64,000 bases of DNA from a virus: positions 1 to 64,000 of IMG/VR virus record IMGVR_UViG_3300005613_000006; one strand, given 5' to 3'. Numbering within the stretch: position 1 is the stretch's first letter; each line of letters starts with the position of its first letter. The translations under genes and the position numbers were made by a program. Below are positions 57,461 to 64,000 of this stretch, piece after piece. The notes below the pieces were generated by a model, which saw nothing but the letters and a program-made list of their open reading frames with translations, ran no database searches and had not been told where the DNA came from.

Positions 57461-60400
57461 ATGTCGTGTTGCGACTATAATCAAATAGGACCATTCGTAC
57501 AGACTTTGTTTTGTGGAGCCAGCGTCGTCAGTTTTTCTGCTAATGTAGGATGGGACGGCACAGGGGGTTCGCTGTCTGTCGTTGTGGCAGAGGACGATTG
57601 CCCAGGCGAGAAGCTGTACTTCGACGGAGATGGTATTCCTCAAATCCATACTGGGGCAGACCGTTTCAACCCTCCTCCGATTGGTAGTCCTATCTTCTTT
57701 GCCTACGGCACTTTTACCTTTGCCGGTATTGTCAAAAGATGGAACGAAAAAGACAGCGCGACTGGAGCCCTCGAATATCAAATAGAGGTCATGGACCCAA
57801 CCACCATTCTGGACGCTGCAAAGGTTATCCTTAAAGCATACGATGGTCCCACTTATGGCGTGCCCAACTTGGAGAATGTGTTTGGTTGGATTGAATCCAC
57901 ATATCCTAACTGCTATCAAGATGGTGCATTATCTACCGGACCACCTCGCGGTTTCAATCGCAGTCTATTTGACTGGTATCCACCAGCCGAAGGTTATGGT
58001 ACTGCCGTTACCAACGACGCTGGCATTTTGTGGAATCAGGCGCGAGGGGCTCTGATTGACACGATAAACTCTTCGGTTTCCCATGTGTACGGAGGAAACT
58101 TGAAGTATCGAAGTTACAATTATCAGGTTGACCTAACAGACCTCCCTTATTTAGACTCCAATGCATTCATTGGTGGCGATAGTATGAGCGTGTCTGACAT
58201 TATTCGCTATGTTTGTGAATACGCTGGAGCCCAATGGTTTGCAGAACTCATTCCTGTGTCTGGTGGTATTCCAGCGCCTCCCGGCACCAACCCAGAGGAT
58301 GAACTAGCTGGCCATGTTCGTCCTACTGTAGACCTGTATATCAAAATACGTGTTTCATATCGCAAGTTTGCCGAGGCGGGCGCTTTGGCGGTAGACGTAA
58401 ACACTGGTTCTCCTATCAGCAATCGTTTGGGTGCTGGTGCTTTGGGCGGATACATCGGAGACCCACAGTCTGGATGCAAGAGTGGACAGACGCGCGGCTT
58501 GGAATTGGCCGAACGCATTACCAACTCTTTCATGGTAGGAGAGTTTCGGAAAGACCTATGGCAAATTTCCTATGATGGTTCTTGCGATGGTTTTACAGAT
58601 ACCATTTGGCCCTACTGGGGAACAGACCCCGATTCGGGCGAATTGGTTTTGGGTAAGCAGTGCGTGTCGGCAGATAATGACATTGATATTCAAGACGAAG
58701 ATGACGACCACTACTTTGACATCAACATAGATTCTTGGGCGATTGACGGCTTGATTGGTCAGGGGCCATATAGAGTTGCGACTGGAGAGTTGCGGGCTGT
58801 TAAGGATGGCTACGACACCTGGGTAGCATACTTAGCTGCATACAAGGTTGCCATTTTACAAGCACTCAAACTGTCTCCAGAAATTGCTTTGTATGGTCTT
58901 GTTGGCGCTGTGCAAGATTCCGTCAACTCAGGTAAGATTAAGCCAGAGGATTTACAGGGGCCAACCAAGCAGTTTGTTGAATGGGCCGAAGGCCAAAACA
59001 TGAAGAATAATGTATTGGTAGACGCAAACGCTAAGCGTTTGTATGACCATTTGAACACGTATGCACAACAGTATTATGGTCAGAAATACTTGGTGAAATT
59101 ACCTTCTCTATGTACACGCGCCAACCCAAATTCTCTTTGGACAATTCAAACCAACTGGGAGCAAACTGCCTCTGCTTGGTACGAAGGGGCCGTGTTGGGC
59201 CTCGCTGCTGGCAGCCCTGGTTGGAATTGGTTTCGCGACGACGAAGGCCGCATTAAGTGTGTCACACGATTTGCCACTGGCAAACCAATGGACATTAGTG
59301 GCATCGACCTTCCTAAGATATGGGGAGATAACCTGTTTAACATTTGGCTAGAGGCTAGCGAAGAAGGAATTGTGTGGGGGCCTGATGGTGAGCCTCGTAT
59401 GATTATCAGATTAGAAGGCGGTCCAGTGACGCTTATCAATCAAGAAGCAATACCAAATCACTGGAAAATGACCTTGCGTATAATCAACAAGTTCAAAGGT
59501 GACCAAGCTGACCCGCCAATGACTGAACAAGAGTTCCAAGAGCTAATTGACATGGAGGGTATGGACATCAATCAATATGGTCTCCATCCACAGCCCCTCA
59601 TTCCATTGGCGGCAGCCATACCACTACAAAGTTCTAAATTGTGTTACGGTCCTTGGGTCGCCGGAACAGACCCAGCAGTAGGTCCAAGTGGCGCTACGAT
59701 TGCATCGGCTGGTGAAACCGAATACCAACGAGACACTTCGTTTGCCCCGTGGACATTCAGCGGAACGTCTTTGATGAATCTTGCTGGCTACGCCGCCGTC
59801 AATGCGAAGCTGAGCAACTACTACGTTATCGAACAGGGCAACATCAATGTGCCTGGGTCTCCATTATATCGACTAGGAGATACCCTTGTCTTGGGAGGCC
59901 CTGAGATTACTCGTATTGGAGTTGATGTTGGACGAGGAGCTGGTCCTGTTATGACCAATATCCAAGTCAAGACGTTTACCCCCGACTTTGGCAAGCGTGG
60001 TCAGGCATTTGTTGACTCCTTAAAACGCATGGGTAAAGCTGCTACCGCTATTCAATCAGCTAATCGCAAAGCATTTGCAGAGCGTTACAAAGACATAATG
60101 GAGGTATTCCGATTCAAGCTAACCATGCGGTACAAGAGTACCCGCGATGACAACCAAAGTTCTATGCACTTCTTTGGCGGCGAAGCCTTGGATGACCCCG
60201 ACAACGAATACTACACCCGACAAACAATGGCCATAACTGACTTGCGCAAAATTCTGCCCAAGTTGGGTGTCACGACAGGCGGCGGGGGGCGATACAAAGA
60301 GAAGGCCCTGGTTGAGGGTATCGGCTTATTCAGACCAATTAGCACCAAGGCCAACGACGCTGAATGCGGCAAGATGTCCACCTATGACACCAGCCCAGAA

Positions 60401-61852
60401 AGCGGTACTGGTAGTGACCGATTGAACCTAAGTAAAACCACTACTCTGTTCTACAGTAAGGAACAGACGCCTCCAGTTATGTGCCACGAAGACCACATGC
60501 CCATCGTAACTGGTACGCTGAGTCCATTCTTGAGCCCAGGCGGTAAGTCCATCAACGACGTGACAATGGCTCATGCTGATAGCGTTGGCCACGATATTGA
60601 ATACATCGTTCGCGATGGTACATTCCCAGCCCACCTACATATTCGTGAGAATCAGGCAAAGGATGACTATTCTAGCGACCACTGGTACAGAACAGTGGCC
60701 TTGCGTGGCCCACTCGTTTTGTCCGGTTGGGGTTTTGACATCGACAACAAGCCAATTCCAAACGCGGCTGATGGTGGCTCTGAACAAGAGGGCGGTAATA
60801 AAAAGATGCGCTTCCTCAAGAACTGGTTGCGCAAACCTCATACTTGGAAAACCGGGCCGGTTGACCTACGTTGGGATGATGAACGAAAAGTATGGACATG
60901 TGAACGCCCACACAAGATTATCCGCGCGGAACTCTGTGAGAATCTTCCGGCGTGCGGCTGCACAACGGCTAGCATGTTTGGTGAAACCATACAGTTGGAC
61001 AAAGAGGGTACGCAGATTAACTCTACCTGTACATGCGCCAGCGGCCAAATGCCTATCGTTATTCACAACCACGGCCACGGCAATTACCTCAAAGGTCAGA
61101 AAGTAGTGGCATATTGGGACACCACGTTGGAAGGCTACATATTATTGAAGGCTGACAAGCTGACGCTCAAGATTGAGTTTACAGAAACTATGACTGATAG
61201 CACTTCTACACCAGGGAAGGCCAAGATTGTTGACGTGTACGGCGACGAAAATTTGACTTGTACTCCAGAATGTGCAAGCGTCATCAATCAGGAAGTATCA
61301 GTTAAGAACGACATGTCCCATCCAATTTGTATAGGGGCAGTCGCTTATGCAGAAATCATTGGGTGGGATACGAGCAGTATCAAGTTTGTATCTGGTTGGA
61401 ACTCTTTCAGTAAAACGTGTTCGACTGTTTGTTCAGTATATGACAAGCCCGTAGTCATTGTCAAGCAAGCCCGCTTTGCTTCCCTTACTGTTGTTACTGA
61501 CATCAACCTCGTTGAGACTAGTGAGATTGTTGACTACAAGACGGCGACAGCTACGCTTGACCTATCTGATTGCACGATTGAATGTGAGGGTTCCGATTCT
61601 GACTATGGCTGTGATTGTGAATGCACGTTGAATTGTAGCGACATTGAGGTTACGATTACCTACGAGGACGACGAGATGCAATACGAACTCTGTGTCTGCA
61701 AGCGTCAAATCTACTTGCAGTCTGCGTGGAGTGTACAGAAGTGTGCTAAGGTCGATGTCGATGGTGGTGCCCCGACATTCCCAGCCCAGCCTTGGGACTT
61801 GCAGTGTGATTCTGGCGACGTAGATGAGGACTGTGATGGAGGTGGCAGCTAA
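57461..61852 (+). CDS. tail hub / central fibre protein with Cys-rich C-terminus
   Basis: 1463 aa, post-Dit position, WKTGPVDLRWD. Confidence 0.65.
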   Translation: MSCCDYNQIGPFVQTLFCGASVVSFSANVGWDGTGGSLSVVVAEDDCPGEKLYFDGDGIPQIHTGADRFNPPPIGSPIFFAYGTFTFAGIVKRWNEKDSATGALEYQIEVMDPTTILDAAKVILKAYDGPTYGVPNLENVFGWIESTYPNCYQDGALSTGPPRGFNRSLFDWYPPAEGYGTAVTNDAGILWNQARGALIDTINSSVSHVYGGNLKYRSYNYQVDLTDLPYLDSNAFIGGDSMSVSDIIRYVCEYAGAQWFAELIPVSGGIPAPPGTNPEDELAGHVRPTVDLYIKIRVSYRKFAEAGALAVDVNTGSPISNRLGAGALGGYIGDPQSGCKSGQTRGLELAERITNSFMVGEFRKDLWQISYDGSCDGFTDTIWPYWGTDPDSGELVLGKQCVSADNDIDIQDEDDDHYFDINIDSWAIDGLIGQGPYRVATGELRAVKDGYDTWVAYLAAYKVAILQALKLSPEIALYGLVGAVQDSVNSGKIKPEDLQGPTKQFVEWAEGQNMKNNVLVDANAKRLYDHLNTYAQQYYGQKYLVKLPSLCTRANPNSLWTIQTNWEQTASAWYEGAVLGLAAGSPGWNWFRDDEGRIKCVTRFATGKPMDISGIDLPKIWGDNLFNIWLEASEEGIVWGPDGEPRMIIRLEGGPVTLINQEAIPNHWKMTLRIINKFKGDQADPPMTEQEFQELIDMEGMDINQYGLHPQPLIPLAAAIPLQSSKLCYGPWVAGTDPAVGPSGATIASAGETEYQRDTSFAPWTFSGTSLMNLAGYAAVNAKLSNYYVIEQGNINVPGSPLYRLGDTLVLGGPEITRIGVDVGRGAGPVMTNIQVKTFTPDFGKRGQAFVDSLKRMGKAATAIQSANRKAFAERYKDIMEVFRFKLTMRYKSTRDDNQSSMHFFGGEALDDPDNEYYTRQTMAITDLRKILPKLGVTTGGGGRYKEKALVEGIGLFRPISTKANDAECGKMSTYDTSPESGTGSDRLNLSKTTTLFYSKEQTPPVMCHEDHMPIVTGTLSPFLSPGGKSINDVTMAHADSVGHDIEYIVRDGTFPAHLHIRENQAKDDYSSDHWYRTVALRGPLVLSGWGFDIDNKPIPNAADGGSEQEGGNKKMRFLKNWLRKPHTWKTGPVDLRWDDERKVWTCERPHKIIRAELCENLPACGCTTASMFGETIQLDKEGTQINSTCTCASGQMPIVIHNHGHGNYLKGQKVVAYWDTTLEGYILLKADKLTLKIEFTETMTDSTSTPGKAKIVDVYGDENLTCTPECASVINQEVSVKNDMSHPICIGAVAYAEIIGWDTSSIKFVSGWNSFSKTCSTVCSVYDKPVVIVKQARFASLTVVTDINLVETSEIVDYKTATATLDLSDCTIECEGSDSDYGCDCECTLNCSDIEVTITYEDDEMQYELCVCKRQIYLQSAWSVQKCAKVDVDGGAPTFPAQPWDLQCDSGDVDEDCDGGGS

Positions 61853-62154
61853 TGGGTTTCAAGATGAGACAATTAGGTGGTCGGAGTAGTTCCTCGGGGC
61901 CTTCGATTGTTAAGGCAGCCCAGAATTTTAGCAAGGCGGTTGTGAATCATATCAAGGATGGTTTCGAGAAAGTGACGTTGCCTGTATATCAAATCCGCCT
62001 CAATACATGCAACGAATGTGAGGAGTTTTACAGCGAGGGGCGGTGCCTGCATCCTCAATGCGGGTGTTTCTTGTCGAATAAGGCTTGGTGGGCTAGCGAA
62101 AACTGCCCAATAGGAAAGTGGCCGAATCAGGAAAACGGCTCAAATGGTGTATAA
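61852..62154 (+). CDS. small Cys-rich (DUF6171-like) protein
   Basis: RLNTCNEC...C...CGCFL..KA.....CPIGKW. Confidence 0.65.
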   Translation: MGFKMRQLGGRSSSSGPSIVKAAQNFSKAVVNHIKDGFEKVTLPVYQIRLNTCNECEEFYSEGRCLHPQCGCFLSNKAWWASENCPIGKWPNQENGSNGV

Positions 62155-62184
62155 TACAGTAGTTCCAAAACGGAGACAGAGCAA

Positions 62185-62814
62185 ATGGCAAGTATTGACT
62201 TCTATGTGTATACAGGTTCGGATTTCGACCTGTCTCTTGCGGGCTCAGGACTAGGGTTCTACGGCTCAGGAGGCTTCGGTGCTTCTATCGCCGTGGGAGA
62301 ATGGCAAGGTAACACCTACGTCACTGATGGCAACGGCCTCACTCAAGGCCCGCAAGCAAACAACGTAAAATGGCGACACGCGAACAGCGGTGAAGTAGCC
62401 GGTGCGACTGTGCTGAATCTACAGTACATTCCAAACTATCAAGCTACATTGAACCCACGCTTTGTGCATAGCACTGGTGTGAAGGTACAGAATGTTGAGG
62501 CTCGTATCTACGACCGCAACAACATCAATGTTGGGGCCACTGGCGTAACAACCAAGGCCGCAGAATTGATTCACCCATCTGTGTCACAAGCTGTTCAAGG
62601 TTCCGGCGACCCCGCCTGGATTACCCCAGAGGGTTCGGCGGTCACTGTACCGCTAGCGCAAAGCCCAGGTCTATCTGGCCTGTACGCTGGCGATGGTACG
62701 ACCTCATTGGTGCCCGACGACCGCCACGACTGGTATCTGGCATTAAGTGCATCGCCTGACAGCGTTGGGTCGAAGACACAGTATGGACTTTTTGTGAGCT
62801 TGGAGTACCTGTAG
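62185..62814 (+). CDS. virion structural protein
   Basis: late motif at 62145, GGAG RBS, G/S/T-rich. Confidence 0.6.
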   Translation: MASIDFYVYTGSDFDLSLAGSGLGFYGSGGFGASIAVGEWQGNTYVTDGNGLTQGPQANNVKWRHANSGEVAGATVLNLQYIPNYQATLNPRFVHSTGVKVQNVEARIYDRNNINVGATGVTTKAAELIHPSVSQAVQGSGDPAWITPEGSAVTVPLAQSPGLSGLYAGDGTTSLVPDDRHDWYLALSASPDSVGSKTQYGLFVSLEYL

Positions 62815-62921
62815 GGCATACGGAGTTTTCGATTCTTTACGATATTTTACTTGATTTTTCCACCCCTTCTCGTGTATAATAGTAGTAGACAAACACTACT
62901 CTACACGAAAGGGGTTTTCTT

Positions 62922-63716
62922 ATGCCTGGACGACAATGGACGAAGGATGAGGTGGCATTTTTGCGTGAGCATTATCAAACAAAGAGCCTATCTCAGCTTG
63001 CGCAGGATTTAGACAGAACCATGAAGGCAGTGCAACACAAATTGTCTCTGTTGAAATTGGAGCGACCGAAACCGCAGCCGGGAGATGAGTTTCATAGATT
63101 AACCATAGAGGAGTTGTATACTATTCACAAGTATGGTCAACACATCACAATGGCTAAATGCGTGTGTCAATGCGGCAATCAATATGTTGGTAAGTTGACT
63201 GCTATTGTTACGGGACATGTAAAAAGTTGTGGATGTTTGAAAAGGGAAACATCTCGTGATAACGCTATTAAACGCAATTTAACGCATGGTTGTAGCTCCA
63301 CAAAATTGTATAAAGTATGGGCTGGTGCTAAAAATAGGTGTAATAACCCATGTAATGCTTCCTATAATGACTATGGTGGTCGCGGTATTACTATGTGTCA
63401 GAAGTGGCAGGAAGATTTTGACACATTTCAGAAATGGGCATTGGCAAATGGATATGTGGAGGGTTTAACTTTGGACCGCATTGATGTGAATGGTAATTAC
63501 GAACCGAAAAATTGTAGATGGATTACTATGTATGAACAGAGTATGAACCGTCGTAACTCTCTCAAGGTTAGCATTACTGCATTTAATGAAACCAAAAATA
63601 TTCATGCTTGGGTTGAAGATAAGAGATGTGTAGTTTCTACCACTACATTGTGTTATCGCATAGGAGCAGGATGGAAGCCAGAAGACGCCATCACCAAACC
63701 AAGCGAACGCCGCTGA
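62922..63716 (+). CDS. HNH-type homing endonuclease with N-terminal HTH
   Basis: CVCQCG, KSCGC, YGGRGITMC..W..F..F..WA, LTLDRIDVNGNYEPKNCRW. Confidence 0.88.
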   Translation: MPGRQWTKDEVAFLREHYQTKSLSQLAQDLDRTMKAVQHKLSLLKLERPKPQPGDEFHRLTIEELYTIHKYGQHITMAKCVCQCGNQYVGKLTAIVTGHVKSCGCLKRETSRDNAIKRNLTHGCSSTKLYKVWAGAKNRCNNPCNASYNDYGGRGITMCQKWQEDFDTFQKWALANGYVEGLTLDRIDVNGNYEPKNCRWITMYEQSMNRRNSLKVSITAFNETKNIHAWVEDKRCVVSTTTLCYRIGAGWKPEDAITKPSERR

Positions 63717-63740
63717 ACGCCTCAAAAGAAAAGCCCCGTT

Positions 63741-63983
63741 TTACCGGAGCCTTTTGGCATCACATGGCACTTGTAGAATGTAGATTAACGTAGGGACGAC
63801 TGACACGAATTGTGAGAGCCACTTGATTCGTTCAGCGCCCAGGCAGCAAAGCGTGAAACTAATCACGGCCCCATCCCAGTGTTGCGTAGTCAGACACAAA
63901 AACAGTGACACTGCGCCACCGCATATTACCCCCACAGCAATACATAGCCAATCATCTGCGCTCATGTAGTTCTCCACTGGCAA
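63741..63983 (-). CDS. hypothetical membrane protein
   Basis: hydrophobic; may start beyond the window edge. Confidence 0.35.
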   Translation of the reverse strand: MPVENYMSADDWLCIAVGVICGGAVSLFLCLTTQHWDGAVISFTLCCLGAERIKWLSQFVSVVPTLIYILQVPCDAKRLR

Positions 63984-64000
63984 ACAACGCGCACAATAAA

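Larger units (their letters stand above)
23166..62156 (+). promoter_or_regulatory. putative late promoter motif TGGTGTATAATA (dispersed)
   Basis: Copies at 23166, 30235 (portal), 32595 (protease), 40648 (tail tube), 44031 (in-gene, before TMP) and 62145; also 4133, 13623, 62871 and 10985 (minus) before HNH genes. Confidence 0.8.

Noticed and set aside
44676-61934. Numerous antisense and alternate-frame ORFs over structural genes
   Set aside because: Shadows of long biased-codon genes, with no RBS or motifs.
36461-62814. Diversity-generating retroelement or contractile tail sheath
   Set aside because: No reverse transcriptase, no TR/VR pair and no sheath-like gene seen in this window.
1-64000. 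Stop-codon reassignment
   Set aside because: Long genes are intact in the standard code, and TAA, TAG and TGA all end well-supported genes.

Overview
A 64-kb segment of a large tailed dsDNA phage genome, read in the standard genetic code. No sheath gene is visible, so it is probably a long-tailed siphovirus-like phage. Positions 1-23135 are an accessory/early region of short, mostly minus-strand genes. It is driven by about 20 near-consensus sigma70 promoters with an invariant 16-bp spacer and contains 6 tRNAs, 3 related HNH endonucleases and several candidate structured RNAs. Positions 23209-62814 are a plus-strand late region: phage sigma factor, probable TerS, gmd, ERCC4 nuclease, intein-containing TerL, portal, protease/scaffold, decoration protein, major capsid, neck, tail tube, chaperones, a 3289-aa tape measure and tail-tip proteins. 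This region is punctuated by a TGGTGTATAATA promoter motif. The most striking unexplained signals are: (1) a dispersed 78-bp element of two 25-bp palindromes (TAA-N4-TT-N7-AA-N4-TTA) exactly 53 bp apart, helically phased upstream of early promoters and often supplying the stop codon of the preceding gene, which gives a cassette-like array; (2) three gap-free copies of a 56-nt non-coding motif; (3) two circularly permuted tRNA-like (YrlA/Y-RNA-like) modules; (4) a tape measure built from cargo domains, one nuclease-like, bracketed by five copies of a GG..DTVPAMLTPGE motif. All calls come from reading motifs by eye; no database searches were run.
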